Part shown: positions 38,955 to 49,865 of the stretch, one piece after another
Numbering within the stretch: the first letter of the stretch is position 1
Layout of the letters: every line of letters begins with the position of its first letter
NCBI GenBank assembly: GCA_900617105.1
Contig: UYFQ01000001.1
Coordinates: 3,906,001 to 3,970,000 of the forward strand
DNA: 64,000 nt
Direction of reading: 5' to 3'
From: Hydrurus foetidus
Taxonomy: Eukaryota
Translations under genes and position numbers: made by a program
The notes under the pieces: model-generated
Database searches by the model: none
The model's input: only the letters and a program-made list of their open reading frames with translations
What the model was told of the DNA's origin: nothing

Positions 38955-39223
38955 CTCCCCATTAACCCCCACGCTCCACACAATCAGCGTCATCTCCGCC
39001 ATGCCATTCGTTCAATTTTTTGACCATGAATAGAGTAAGCGGCGATGGTGATGAGCACGATGCCGAAGCCTGACTAGATGGCGTAGGCCACGCCTGTGGC
39101 GATGGTCTCCATCGTTTCCGTTAAAAAGTACAGCGCCACTCCGCAGCCGGTCACGGTGATGACGGACTGCACCAGCTTGGTGAAGCTGTCGCTGGACTTG
39201 AAGGTTGTAATGGCGATGCCCAC
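38955..39223 (-). pseudogene. Decayed SMR (EmrE/QacE-like) transporter gene
   Basis: Hand translation ...TTFKSSDSFTKLVQSVITVTGCGVALYFLTETMETIATGVAYAI*SGFGIVLITIAAYSIHGQKI aligns to the SMR motif K.S.GFT.L...IPTG.AYAIWSG.G; Trp codon is TAG (39074-39076), N-terminus missing, 3' frameshift. Confidence 0.85.
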
Positions 39224-39339
39224 AGAGAAATGCGAATTTCTTTGTTCACATTATTCAAGTTTCGGATTTAAGGTGGCGTGCTGACTGCGTGGCTGATTGA
39301 CACTTCAAGCCACGTCACAATTGTGGTTGGAGACTTTTC

Positions 39340-40695
39340 ATGAATTCCAGTATTTTGAATCCAACTTTGCGACCCCAAGAATTTTTGCGGCACCTGTTCA
39401 ATGTAGCCGTCAAACGCGCACTGCCGCTTGAAAACACTGCCGCCTATTTGCCCAAGCCGCCAAGAGGTGGCCGCACCATCGTGATTGGCGCGGGCAAGGC
39501 GGGTGGATCAATGGCGCAGGCGGTTGAGGCGCTTTGGCCGCAAGACGCGCCAATCCAAGGTCTGGTGGTGACCCGCTACCACCATATCCCGCCGCGGCCT
39601 GCAGAACTCACACAGCGCATCGAAATCATTGAAGCCGCGCACCCAGTTCCAGACGCGGCGGGCTTGCAAGCGTCTGAGCGCATGCTGGCCATGGTGCAGG
39701 GGCTGACCGCTAACGACTTGGTGCTGTGCCTGATTTCAGGCGGCGGCTCGGCGCTGCTTACGCTGCCTGCCGGCGGCTTGACACTGCCTGATAAGCAGCG
39801 CATCAATAAGGCGTTGCTTAACAGTGGTGCCAGCATTTCAGAAATGAATTGCGTGCGCAAGCACTTGTCGCGCATCAAGGGTGGCCGCCTGGCTGCCGCT
39901 TGTGCGCCTGCCCGCGTGGTGACGCTGACCATCAGCGACGTGCCAGGCGACGATGTATCCATCATCGCCAGCGGGCCGACTGTGCCTGATGCAACAACTT
40001 GCGCGGATGCATTGGCAATTTTGAAGCGCTACGGCATTGACGTGCCTGCTGAGGTGCTGGCTCAATTGCAAAGCGGCGCGCTTGAAACCCCTAAGCCGGG
40101 CGATGCTGTGTTTAACGGCCACGAAGTCCACATGATTGCCACTCCGCAGCAAAGTCTGGAAGCCGCAGCCACTGCGGCACGCGGGGCGGGGCTGAACGCC
40201 TACATACTTGGTGACGAGATTGAAGGCGAGTCACGTGAAGTGGGCAAGGTGCATGCGGCGCTGGCCAGGGCGGCAGCGAGGGGCACGGGAGCATTTGACA
40301 AACCCTGCGTGATTTTGAGCGGAGGTGAAACGACGGTAACCATAAAAAAACAAGCAGACGGCGCGCCAAAGGGCATGGGTGCGAAATCAGAAGTCCGCCC
40401 CGGCCGGGGCGGACGTGCAGGCGAATTTTGCATGGGGCTAGCGCTGGCGCTGCAAGGCCAAGCCGGTGTTTACGCGGTGGCGGCTGACACAGACGGCATT
40501 GATGGTGTTGAAGACAATGCGGGTGCTTTTGTAATGCCAGACACGCTAGAGCGCGCCGCCGCCAAAGGCATTAAGCTGGACGAACACCTGGATCGAAACG
40601 ACGCCTACACCTACTTTGCTGCGTTGGGTGACCTGGTGATTACCGGGCCGACACACACCAACGTGAATGACTTTCGAGCACTCCTTATTTTATAG
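39340..40695 (+). CDS. Glycerate kinase type 2 (MOFRL/TtuD family)
   Basis: GAGKA, AAHPVPD, LISGGGSAL, KGGRLA, ISDVPGDD, SGGETTV, DTDGIDG, TGPTHTNVND. Confidence 0.95.
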   Translation: MNSSILNPTLRPQEFLRHLFNVAVKRALPLENTAAYLPKPPRGGRTIVIGAGKAGGSMAQAVEALWPQDAPIQGLVVTRYHHIPPRPAELTQRIEIIEAAHPVPDAAGLQASERMLAMVQGLTANDLVLCLISGGGSALLTLPAGGLTLPDKQRINKALLNSGASISEMNCVRKHLSRIKGGRLAAACAPARVVTLTISDVPGDDVSIIASGPTVPDATTCADALAILKRYGIDVPAEVLAQLQSGALETPKPGDAVFNGHEVHMIATPQQSLEAAATAARGAGLNAYILGDEIEGESREVGKVHAALARAAARGTGAFDKPCVILSGGETTVTIKKQADGAPKGMGAKSEVRPGRGGRAGEFCMGLALALQGQAGVYAVAADTDGIDGVEDNAGAFVMPDTLERAAAKGIKLDEHLDRNDAYTYFAALGDLVITGPTHTNVNDFRALLIL

Positions 40696-40781
40696 CTGTT
40701 CGCGCCCGAATTTATTGGGCTACAGCGCATTCATAACCTAAAAATAGCTAAAAAAACTGAATAGCGTGTTAGGCTACTCCG

Positions 40782-42044
40782 ATGCGTAAACCTACCCCAT
40801 CGTTCTTGCGCCACGTCGGCCCAGGCGTCATTACGGGCGCAGCTGACGATGACCCTTCCGGCATTGCTACCTATACCCAGGCAGGTGCGCAGTTTGGCAC
40901 CGGGTTGCTCTGGACTGTGTTTTTGTCGCTGCCGTTCATGATTGCGATTCAGCTCGTTAGCGCCCGCATTGGCCGCGTCACAGGCAAAGGCGTAGCGGCC
41001 AATCTGCGCGAGCACACGCCGCGGCCTTTTTTGATGGCGATGGTGTTGCTGCTGGTGGTGGCGAACACCATCAATATTGCCGCTGATATTGCTGCCATGG
41101 GCGAAGCATTGCAACTGGTGGTGGGTGGTGGTGCGCACTTTCATGCGGTGGCGTTTGGTGTGGCGACGGTGCTGCTGCAGGTGTTTGTGCCGTACCGCAA
41201 GCTGGCGCCTATTTTGAAATGGCTAACGTTGTTTTTATTTGCTTACGTCATCGCTGTATTTTTGGTTGATGTGCCGTGGGGCCAAGTGCTGCATGACTTG
41301 GTGATTCCCAAGCTGCAATGGAGCTCTGGCTACTGGATGATGATTGTGGCTTTGCTGGGCACCACGATTTCGCCTTATTTGTTTTTTTGGCAGGCTTCAC
41401 AAGAAGTCGAAGAGCTGCGCTTAAAAGGCAAAGGGCAGGGCACTGACCGCGTCATTCGCCATGACTTGAAACGCGTCAAACGCGACACGTATATCGGTAT
41501 GGGTTTTTCAAACGCAGTCGCGTTTTTCATCATGCTGCTCGGCGGCGTGGTGCTTTACGGCGCGGGGATTCGCGACGTCACATCGGCAGCACAAGCCGCC
41601 CAGGCGCTGCGGCCTCTGGCGGGCGACTTCGCCTTTATGTTGTTTGCAGGCGGCATCATTGCAACTGGCATGCTGGCGGTACCTGTGTTGGCGTCATCAG
41701 CGGCTTATGCGGTCGCTGAAGCTTTTGACTGGACAGAAGGCCTAGAGCGCCAGTGGTTTGAAGCCAAGCGCTTTTACGCCATCATTGCAGTGGCAACACT
41801 GGTAGGCACCGGGCTTGACTTCACCCCCATCGACCCGATGAAAGCACTCTACTGGAGCGCGGTGATCAACGGGGTGGTGGCCGTACCCATCATGGTGGGG
41901 TTAATGCTGTTGGCCGGCAAAAAAGAAGTCATGGGTAACTTCACCTCGGGCACTAAAACGCGCTGGTTTGGCTGGGGCGGCGTGGGCGTAATGACCTTCG
42001 CCGTGGTGATGATGCTGTGGGACGTCGTCGGTCAAAAAGTTTGA
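40782..42044 (+). CDS. NRAMP-family divalent metal transporter
   Basis: GPGVITGAADDDPSGIATY, RIGRVTGKG, LGTTISPYLFFWQ. Confidence 0.92.
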   Translation: MRKPTPSFLRHVGPGVITGAADDDPSGIATYTQAGAQFGTGLLWTVFLSLPFMIAIQLVSARIGRVTGKGVAANLREHTPRPFLMAMVLLLVVANTINIAADIAAMGEALQLVVGGGAHFHAVAFGVATVLLQVFVPYRKLAPILKWLTLFLFAYVIAVFLVDVPWGQVLHDLVIPKLQWSSGYWMMIVALLGTTISPYLFFWQASQEVEELRLKGKGQGTDRVIRHDLKRVKRDTYIGMGFSNAVAFFIMLLGGVVLYGAGIRDVTSAAQAAQALRPLAGDFAFMLFAGGIIATGMLAVPVLASSAAYAVAEAFDWTEGLERQWFEAKRFYAIIAVATLVGTGLDFTPIDPMKALYWSAVINGVVAVPIMVGLMLLAGKKEVMGNFTSGTKTRWFGWGGVGVMTFAVVMMLWDVVGQKV

Positions 42045-42047
42045 ACG

Positions 42048-44447
42048 CTACCGGGTCAGCGCCTTCAATACGCTTTCAGCCGTGGCGGGTGCGGTCAATT
42101 TGACCACTGCCCCTTCACCAAGTCCCGCCGCTACTGCGGCTTTCAAGGCTTCGTACACACTGACGGCCAACATGAATGGCGGCTCACCTACTGCCTTGCT
42201 GCCAAACACGTTGTCTTCACGATTGGGCTCTGGCCAAAAATCAACTTTAAAGTGCTCGGGTATGTCGCCCGTCGCCGGAATTTTGTAGGTGCTGGGGGCG
42301 TGGGTGGTGAGCACGCCTTTGTCGTTCCACACCAGCTGCTCGGTGGTCAGCCAGCCCATGCCTTGTACAAAGCCGCCTTCAATTTGGCCGATGTCAATGG
42401 CGGGATTGATGCTGGTTCCCACGTCATGCAAGATGTCGACTTTTAATACCCGTGATTCGCCTGTCAACGTGTCAATCGCCACTTCAGTACAGGCTGCGCC
42501 ATAGGCAAAGTAGTAAAAAGGCCGGCCCGTCAGGGTGGCTTTGTCGTAGTGAATTTTGGGGGTGCGGTAAAAACCGTCTGACCACAATTGAATGCGATTG
42601 GCATACGCCAGTTTGACCACATCAACGAAATCTCTGGCGTTATTCGGCGTAATAATCTGGCCCCCAGCAAAGCGCACAGCGCCAGCGCCGCAATTGTCTA
42701 ACCCGCTGACAAACTGCGCCAGGTTGTCTCGCACATGGCGAGCGGCGTACTGCGCAGCGCGTGCATTCAAGTCGGTGCCCGCAGATGCAGCGGTAGCCGA
42801 CGAGTTGGGAATTTTGCTGGTGTCGCTTGCAGTGGCCAGTACGGCATCGAATGACACGCCGAGTTCATCGGCCACGATCTGGCAGACCTTGGTGTTCAGG
42901 CCTTGGCCCATTTCGGTGCCGCCGTGGTTGACCTGCACGCTGCCGTCCAGGTACACATGCACGAGCGCGCCAGCTTGGTTAAACAGCGTGGCGGTAAATG
43001 AAATGCCGAATTTAACGGGCGTGATCGCCAGGCCGCGTTTGATGACCGGGCTGTTGGCGTTCCATTCAGCGATCGTGTTTTTGCGCTGGCGGTAGTCTGA
43101 TGTTGCTTCTAGCTTGCTTAGCAAGGGCTCCAAGATGTTGTCTTCTACCGTCATTTGGTAGTGGGTCACGTTGCGTTCAGTCATGCCGTACAGATTGCGC
43201 TTGCGCACGTCAAGTGCATCAAGATCAAGGTGTCGTGCAATATCACCCATGATGCTTTCAATCACCACCACGCCCTGCGGCCCGCCGAAGCCCCGAAAAG
43301 CGGTGTGGCTTTGCGTGTTGGTTTTAAGGCGGTACGAAGCAATGTCAACATGCTCTAAAAAGTACGCGTTGTCGACGTGGAACACCGCCCTGTCTGCCAC
43401 CGGGCCCGACAAATCAGCGCTGAAGCCGCAGTTCACGGCCATCATCATTTTCAAGCCAGTGATGCGGCCTGTGTCGTTAAAACCCACCGTGTACTCATAA
43501 GCAAACGGATGCCGCTTGCCAGTGATCATGAAGTCTTCATCGCGGTCAAGCCGCAGCTTGACGGGGCGCCGCAGCTTGTGCGCGGCAATGCTTGCCCACA
43601 CGGCCAGGTGCCCTGCTTGCGTTTCTTTGCCGCCAAAACCGCCGCCCATGCGCCGACACTCCACCCGCACGGCGTGGTTGTCAACGCCGAGCGCATGCGC
43701 CACCCAGTGCTGCACCTCGCCAGGGTGCTGGGTGCTGGAATACACCAGCGTTTGGCCTTGCTCTTGCGGCACGGCGTAGGCCACTTGGCCCTCAAGGTAA
43801 AAATGCTCTTGGCCGCCGACTTCAAGGGTGCCGTGCAAGGTGTGCTGTGCGGTGTTGAGCGCTGCTTGCGCATCGCCGCGCTTGACGAAAACCGGCCGCA
43901 GCACGTAGCTTTTTGCGACCAACGCAGCGTGTACGTTTAGCATGGCGGGCAAGTTTTCAATACTGCACACCACCTTGCGCGCGGCGCGGCGCGCTTGCAT
44001 GGCTGAGCTGGCAACCACCACACCAACAACTTGGCCCACATGCTGCACAGTGTGCTCGGCAAATATTGGTTCGTCGCCCGCAAACGCGGCCAGCATTTTG
44101 TCGCCCGGCACATCGCGCGCCAGCACCACGTCGACCACGCCCGGCATGGCCAGCGCCGCGCTGAAGTCAATGCCAAGCAATTTGCCGTGCGCCACCGCAG
44201 ACATGATGGGCGCTGCATACAGCGTACCCTTTAGCTCGGCAATATCGTCAACATAGGTTGCCGCACCGGCCACCTGGGCGCGCGCGCTTTCGTGAAACCT
44301 CGACTGGCCGGCTGCGCTGATAACAGCCTTCGCAGTGGGCGCATGGCCGGTAGGGGCAAGTGCTTCATCGGCATGGGCGTTTGCAGCGGCTACCTCCGGG
44401 TCAGCTACCGCGTCGCGGCTGATGGGGCTGTCTTTGGCTGCGTTCAT
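42048..44447 (-). CDS. xdhB: Xanthine dehydrogenase molybdopterin-binding subunit
   Basis: GGQEHFYLE, RMGGGFGGKE, AFRGFGGPQG, KFGISF, GGTEMGQGL, GQIEGGFVQGMG, SKAVGEPP. Confidence 0.97.
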   Translation of the reverse strand: MNAAKDSPISRDAVADPEVAAANAHADEALAPTGHAPTAKAVISAAGQSRFHESARAQVAGAATYVDDIAELKGTLYAAPIMSAVAHGKLLGIDFSAALAMPGVVDVVLARDVPGDKMLAAFAGDEPIFAEHTVQHVGQVVGVVVASSAMQARRAARKVVCSIENLPAMLNVHAALVAKSYVLRPVFVKRGDAQAALNTAQHTLHGTLEVGGQEHFYLEGQVAYAVPQEQGQTLVYSSTQHPGEVQHWVAHALGVDNHAVRVECRRMGGGFGGKETQAGHLAVWASIAAHKLRRPVKLRLDRDEDFMITGKRHPFAYEYTVGFNDTGRITGLKMMMAVNCGFSADLSGPVADRAVFHVDNAYFLEHVDIASYRLKTNTQSHTAFRGFGGPQGVVVIESIMGDIARHLDLDALDVRKRNLYGMTERNVTHYQMTVEDNILEPLLSKLEATSDYRQRKNTIAEWNANSPVIKRGLAITPVKFGISFTATLFNQAGALVHVYLDGSVQVNHGGTEMGQGLNTKVCQIVADELGVSFDAVLATASDTSKIPNSSATAASAGTDLNARAAQYAARHVRDNLAQFVSGLDNCGAGAVRFAGGQIITPNNARDFVDVVKLAYANRIQLWSDGFYRTPKIHYDKATLTGRPFYYFAYGAACTEVAIDTLTGESRVLKVDILHDVGTSINPAIDIGQIEGGFVQGMGWLTTEQLVWNDKGVLTTHAPSTYKIPATGDIPEHFKVDFWPEPNREDNVFGSKAVGEPPFMLAVSVYEALKAAVAAGLGEGAVVKLTAPATAESVLKALTR

Positions 44448-45964
44448 AGCGCTTCGTCCAGAGTGAAGGCTTGCAGATTAATACCCTGCATGCCTTGGCT
44501 TTCAAGCCAAAAGCGCTGCAGCAAATTGCCGAGCACTTGCACTCGGTACTCGGCGCTTGCCCGCATGTCAGAAATGGGCGAAAACTCGGCCCGCAGCACC
44601 GTCATTGCATGGTCAATTGTGCTTTTTGACCAGTCTTTATGGGCGAGAGCAGCTTCTGTATTCATAGCGCGCACTGGCGTTGCCGCCACCCCGCCAACGC
44701 CGATGGAAGCGCTGACTAATTTGCCTTCAGCGATGCGCAGATTCAACCCCAGGCACACCGCAGAAATATCGTCATCAAAGCGCTTGGAAATTTTGTAGAT
44801 GTCGACCCGCTCACCGGCTACGGCTTTGGGCACTTTTATCCAGGCCAGCACTTCGTCTTGCGCTAGTTGATTTTTTTTGTAGCCGGTGTAGAAGTCTTCA
44901 ATGGAAAATTCTCTGTGGCCGCGCATACTCATCAGCACCACGCTGGCGCCCAGCGCAATCAGCAGCGGCATGGAGTCGCCGATAGGCGAGCCACCCGCGA
45001 TATTGCCGCCCAGCGTGCCCGAGTTGCGCACGCTCAAGCCCGCAAACCGGGCGGTGAAAGCGTGCAGCTGCGGGCGATCAGTAACAAGCGCGGCAAACGC
45101 ATCTGTCAGCGTGACTGCTGCGCCTATGGCGATGTGGTGCGGGTAATGCTCAATGCGGCGCAGCTCACTGACTTGGGTAATGTCGATGACCTGATTAAAT
45201 TGCAAATGCTGCTTGGTCACCCACAGGCCGACGTCAGTGGTGCCCGCCACAATTTGCGCTTGTGGCGCAGCCGCTTTGGCAGCCAGCAATGCGGCTAGAT
45301 TACGCGGCAATTTATATGCCGAATCGGCCTCTAGCCGAATAGATACGGGCGCGAGCAGCCCTAATTGTTGTAGCACTTTAGCGGAGTCGATGGCAGCCAG
45401 CGGCAGCTGGGCCATCTGCTGCGCGGCGTCCAAAATCGGCCGGTAGCCCGTGCAGCGACACAGGTTGCCTGACAGCGCTTCTTGCGCCAGTTCTCGCGAA
45501 ATTGTGCGACCTTTACAAACCTGATTTTCATACAGGGCAAACATGCTCATTACAAAACCGGGGGTGCAAAAGCCGCACTGGGAGCCGTGGCACTGCACCA
45601 TGGCTTCTTGTGCCGGGTGAAGCGTGCCGTCGTTTGCGGCAATGTCTTCAACGGTCCACAAGGCCATGCCGTCGACGGAATGCGCCAGGCGTATGCAGCT
45701 GTTGACTGCTTTTAATTGCAGTTCACCGCCAACCGCTTCGCCTAGCACCACCGTGCAAGCGCCGCAATCGCCTTCGCCGCAACCTTCTTTGGTACCGGTG
45801 CAGGCCATGTCTTCACGCAGCATGTCAAGCAGCGTTCGGCTGGGTGGTACATTGTTAAGCACCACGGATTTGGCATTGCGCAAAAACCGCAGTGGTTTGA
45901 TTGACTCGACGCTTGTGGGTAGCGTCGTGCTGTCTTGGGGGCTGCTGTTGGGCTTGCTTGGCAT
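44444..45964 (-). CDS. xdhA: Xanthine dehydrogenase small subunit (2Fe-2S plus FAD)
   Basis: GTKEGCGEGDCGAC, QCGFCTPG, GNLCRCTGY, GTLGGNI, KISKRFDDDI. Confidence 0.97.
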   Translation of the reverse strand: MPSKPNSSPQDSTTLPTSVESIKPLRFLRNAKSVVLNNVPPSRTLLDMLREDMACTGTKEGCGEGDCGACTVVLGEAVGGELQLKAVNSCIRLAHSVDGMALWTVEDIAANDGTLHPAQEAMVQCHGSQCGFCTPGFVMSMFALYENQVCKGRTISRELAQEALSGNLCRCTGYRPILDAAQQMAQLPLAAIDSAKVLQQLGLLAPVSIRLEADSAYKLPRNLAALLAAKAAAPQAQIVAGTTDVGLWVTKQHLQFNQVIDITQVSELRRIEHYPHHIAIGAAVTLTDAFAALVTDRPQLHAFTARFAGLSVRNSGTLGGNIAGGSPIGDSMPLLIALGASVVLMSMRGHREFSIEDFYTGYKKNQLAQDEVLAWIKVPKAVAGERVDIYKISKRFDDDISAVCLGLNLRIAEGKLVSASIGVGGVAATPVRAMNTEAALAHKDWSKSTIDHAMTVLRAEFSPISDMRASAEYRVQVLGNLLQRFWLESQGMQGINLQAFTLDEAL

Positions 45965-46034
45965 GCTGACAGGGTAGGGCTTTTGCCCAGTATCTACATA
46001 TAAAACGCTGTATAGGCTGTATTCAAAAGATCGT

Positions 46035-46976
46035 ATGAAAGATCAGGCGCTTTTCGACAAGATCGACCTTCATCTTATAAGGATCTTGAACACCGTGCTT
46101 ACCGAACGCAGCGTTTCCCGAGCAGCCATGCGGCTTGGCATGCACCAGAGTGCAGTCAGCACCGCACTCAGGCGCTTGCGGCTGTTGGCGGGCGACCCTA
46201 TTTTGGTGCGTTCAGGCGGCGGCATGGTGCCAACCGATGCGGGTCTGCGCATGCTGGCACCGTCTGCCAGCATTCTTCAGACGGCAGGCATGCTGTTCAG
46301 TGATGTAAAAAAGTTTGACGCCAGCAGCGCGCAAGTCACTTTCAGGCTAGCCGCCAGCGACTACCTGGACCCGTTGTTTTTGCCTCAGCTGGTCGCGCAC
46401 ATCAAGGTGGAGGCGCCGCGTTGCCAAATTGACATTCAGCCGCTGTCAGCCGACTTTGATTACCAGACGCACTTGGCACAAGGCCGGGTTGACATCGTGG
46501 TGGGTAACTGGACAACGCCGCCTGACGATTTGCATATAGGACGCTTGTTTGCCGACGACGTAGTGTGCATGGTGGGCAAGCATCACCCGGCCGCGCGCCG
46601 CAAATGGGACTCGGCTAACCCCGCCAGTTGGCTGGACGCAGAGCACATCGCACCTGCGGCCATGCACCTGGGAGCCAAAGGCGTGATAGATGAGCACTTG
46701 GCGTTGCTTGGCCTGCGCCGCAACATTACTGTGCGCTGCCCGCACTTTGGGCTGATGCCGTCGATGGTGGCATCAAGTTTGCTCATCATGACCACCGGCC
46801 GGCAGTACTGTGAGCGGTTCGCCAAATTACTACCCGTGAAAATACTGCCTTGCCCGATCGAATTTCCGCGGATGATGTACTACCAGTTGTGGCACGAGCG
46901 CACGCATGCATCGAGTGCCTCGCGCTGGTTGCGAGAGCGGGTAAAGTCAGTCGCTAATTTGCTACAAAAAACGTAG
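46035..46976 (+). CDS. LysR-type regulator divergent from xdhAB
   Basis: IDLHLI...SVSRAAMRLGMHQSAVS.AL.RLR..GDPILVR HTH; WHERTH. Confidence 0.93.
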   Translation: MKDQALFDKIDLHLIRILNTVLTERSVSRAAMRLGMHQSAVSTALRRLRLLAGDPILVRSGGGMVPTDAGLRMLAPSASILQTAGMLFSDVKKFDASSAQVTFRLAASDYLDPLFLPQLVAHIKVEAPRCQIDIQPLSADFDYQTHLAQGRVDIVVGNWTTPPDDLHIGRLFADDVVCMVGKHHPAARRKWDSANPASWLDAEHIAPAAMHLGAKGVIDEHLALLGLRRNITVRCPHFGLMPSMVASSLLIMTTGRQYCERFAKLLPVKILPCPIEFPRMMYYQLWHERTHASSASRWLRERVKSVANLLQKT

Positions 46977-47134
46977 CTGCTTGCGCCCGATTTTGTTGGT
47001 TAAAACATATAAAACAAACTCATTTTTTGGCTAAAACACAGTTTGACAGCCGATTCGAAGCAAGTAGACACCAGTAAATAAACATCAGCAAGTAAAAAAC
47101 AACAGAGCAAACTGAAAAATACCAATTCACCCGA

Positions 47135-48733
47135 ATGACTCTTTCCCAATCTGTACCCCGTCTGCAACTGAGCAACATCACCAAGGCCTACCCAGGTGTG
47201 GTGGCCAATAGCGACGTCTCATTAGTAGTGCAACCCGGCGAAATTCATGCCGTGCTGGGCGAAAACGGCGCGGGCAAGTCAACGCTGATGAAGATTATTT
47301 ACGGCGCGGTCAAGCCGGACGCGGGGAGCATGGCGGTGGATGGTGTGCAGGCCTTGCCGGGCAACCCGCAAGAAGCCCGTGTGCTGGGCATCAGCATGGT
47401 GTTTCAGCATTTCAGCTTGTTTGACACCTTGACCGTGGCTGAAAATGTGTGGCTGGGTTTGAGCAAAAGTGAAAGCCTGCAGGCGGTGTCCAAGCGTGTT
47501 GCCGACACCGCGCAGGCTTATGGCCTGGACATTGACCCGGCGCGGCACGTGCATTCGCTCAGCGTGGGCCAAATGCAGCGGGTAGAAATTATTCGGGCGC
47601 TGCTTACCCAGCCCAAAATTTTGATTCTTGACGAGCCCACTTCGGTGCTGACACCGCAGGCGGTCGACAAGCTGTTTGACGTGCTGCGCCAGTTAGCTAG
47701 CCAGGGCTGCAGTATTTTGTACATTAGCCACAAGCTGCATGAAATTCGCGCACTGTGCACTGCTTGCACGGTGCTCCGGGGTGGCCGGGTAACGGGGGTG
47801 TGCAGCCCGGCTAACGAATCAAACGCGTCGTTGTCGCGCCTCATGATTGGCAAAGAGCCGCCAGCGCTTTTGCACAAGAGAAGCGAGCCGGGCGCGATGG
47901 TGCTGCGGGTCAACGCCTTGAGCCTGCCGCGCGAAGACCAGTTTGGCTGCGACCTGGACCACATCAGCTTGCACGTATGCGCCGGTGAAGTGGTTGGTAT
48001 TGCCGGGGTGTCGGGCAACGGCCAAAAAGAAATGATGTTGGCGCTGTCAGGCGAACATTTGGGTGCGCCGCGCGGCAGTGTGATGGTCAATACCGGCGGT
48101 GCAGATGTCGATGTGTCGGCCTACGGGCCGATTGAGCGGCGCCAATTGGGCCTGCATTTTGTACCCGAAGAACGCTTGGGTCGGGGCGCAGTGCCCGCGC
48201 ACAGCCTGAGCATGAATATGCTGCTGACAAGAACCGAATCGCTGTCGTCAAGGAAATGGGCGGGCGGCTGGATCAATACCCAAGCGCTGGCGGCACAAAC
48301 ACAAAAAGTCATTGAGCGCTTTGGCGTCAAGGCGGGCGGCCCACAGGCGCTGGCCAAGTCGCTGTCGGGCGGCAATTTGCAAAAATTCATCATGGGCCGT
48401 GAAATTGACGCGCGCCCCAAACTGCTGATTGTTTCCCAGCCCACCTGGGGCGTTGACGTGGGCGCTGCCGCGCTTATTCGCAGTGAACTGTTGGCGCTGG
48501 CAGCCTCGGGTTGTGCGGTGCTGGTGGTCAGTGAAGAGCTGGACGAGTTGTTTGAAATTTCTGACCGCCTGTACGTGATTGCCAAAGGGCGCTTGTCGCC
48601 CACCCTTGCAAGGGCCGACGCTAGCGTGGAGCAGGTTGGTTTGTGGATGAGCGGCTTGTGGGACTCTGCCCAAGCGGTTCACGCAAATCAGGCAAACCTG
48701 CACAAGACCGAGGCTAGCCATGCTCAAGCTTGA
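47135..48733 (+). CDS. ABC ATPase, nucleoside/purine uptake (tandem domain)
   Basis: GENGAGKST, MVFQHF, LDEPT, ISHKL, GVSGNGQ, LSGGNLQK, QPTWGVDVG. Confidence 0.95.
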   Translation: MTLSQSVPRLQLSNITKAYPGVVANSDVSLVVQPGEIHAVLGENGAGKSTLMKIIYGAVKPDAGSMAVDGVQALPGNPQEARVLGISMVFQHFSLFDTLTVAENVWLGLSKSESLQAVSKRVADTAQAYGLDIDPARHVHSLSVGQMQRVEIIRALLTQPKILILDEPTSVLTPQAVDKLFDVLRQLASQGCSILYISHKLHEIRALCTACTVLRGGRVTGVCSPANESNASLSRLMIGKEPPALLHKRSEPGAMVLRVNALSLPREDQFGCDLDHISLHVCAGEVVGIAGVSGNGQKEMMLALSGEHLGAPRGSVMVNTGGADVDVSAYGPIERRQLGLHFVPEERLGRGAVPAHSLSMNMLLTRTESLSSRKWAGGWINTQALAAQTQKVIERFGVKAGGPQALAKSLSGGNLQKFIMGREIDARPKLLIVSQPTWGVDVGAAALIRSELLALAASGCAVLVVSEELDELFEISDRLYVIAKGRLSPTLARADASVEQVGLWMSGLWDSAQAVHANQANLHKTEASHAQA

Positions 48734-49865
48734 AGCGCGCGGCGAGGCATCCAATTTTTGGCGCTACGCGTCACCAGTGGCGGCGTTGGCCATCACGTTG
48801 GCGTTGTCGGCGTTGCTGTTTGTGATGCTGGGAAAAGACCCGGTTCGCGGGCTGCAGATTTTTTTGATTGAGCCTTGGAACGGCGTGCGAGCCTTGACCG
48901 AGCTGGCCTTAAAGTCCACCGCGCTGGCGTTGTGCGCGCTGGGCCTTGCCCTGTGCTTTCGCAGCAATGTGTGGAACATTGGCGCTGAAGGTCAATTTTT
49001 AGCGGGCGGCATCGCGGCGGGTGGGTTGGCCATGTGGCTGACTATGGAAAAAATCAGCATTGGCAACTGGGCGCTTTTTCCGCTGGCAACAATTGCTGGC
49101 GCGCTGGGCGGCGCGCTGTGGGCCAGCATTACAGCGGTGCTGAAAGACCGTTTTAACGCCAGCGAAATTTTGGTCAGCCTCATGCTCGTGTACGTCGCTA
49201 ACTTGCTGCTTAGCTACCTGGTGTTTGGCCCGTGGAAAGACCCACAGGGCTTTAACTTTCCGCAAACGGTGAATTTCGACATGGCGATTCCGCGGGTATT
49301 TAGCGGCTTTCGATTGAACTGGGGCACCGCAGTTGCTTTACTGCTGGTGGTGCTCATGTGGGTGTTCATGTCGCGCACGTTCAAAGGCTATCAATTGCAA
49401 GTCAGCGGACAAGCGGCAGCGGCCTCGCGCTACGCAGGCTTTTCGGCGCGCTCAACGTTGTGGACTTGTCTGCTGACGTCAGGCGCGTTTGCAGGCGTTG
49501 CGGGCGCGTACGAAGTCACCGGGCCAATGGGGCAACTGACGCCTTACGTGTCGGTGGGCTATGGCTTCACCGCCATTATTGTGGCCTTTGTTGGGCGCTT
49601 GCACCCGGTGGGCTGTGTTGCGGCCAGTGTGCTGCTAAGCATGTTTTTAATTGGTGGGCAATTGGCGCAATCGCGGATTGGCCTGCCAGCTGCGCTGACG
49701 GGCTTGTTTCAGGGCATTTTGCTATTTTCACTGTTGGCCTGCGACACGTTGATCAACTACCGTATTCGGCTGCGTGCAGCGCCGATGGCAGTGCCGCCTG
49801 CAGCCGTGCCATCAGTGGTGCTTGCGGCCGCGTCGCCCACTTTGCCAAAGAACGCTTATGAATGA
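48720..49865 (+). CDS. ABC permease, nucleoside/purine family
   Basis: WNIGAEGQ, GYGFTAIIVAFVGRLHP. Confidence 0.93.
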   Translation: MLKLEARGEASNFWRYASPVAALAITLALSALLFVMLGKDPVRGLQIFLIEPWNGVRALTELALKSTALALCALGLALCFRSNVWNIGAEGQFLAGGIAAGGLAMWLTMEKISIGNWALFPLATIAGALGGALWASITAVLKDRFNASEILVSLMLVYVANLLLSYLVFGPWKDPQGFNFPQTVNFDMAIPRVFSGFRLNWGTAVALLLVVLMWVFMSRTFKGYQLQVSGQAAAASRYAGFSARSTLWTCLLTSGAFAGVAGAYEVTGPMGQLTPYVSVGYGFTAIIVAFVGRLHPVGCVAASVLLSMFLIGGQLAQSRIGLPAALTGLFQGILLFSLLACDTLINYRIRLRAAPMAVPPAAVPSVVLAAASPTLPKNAYE

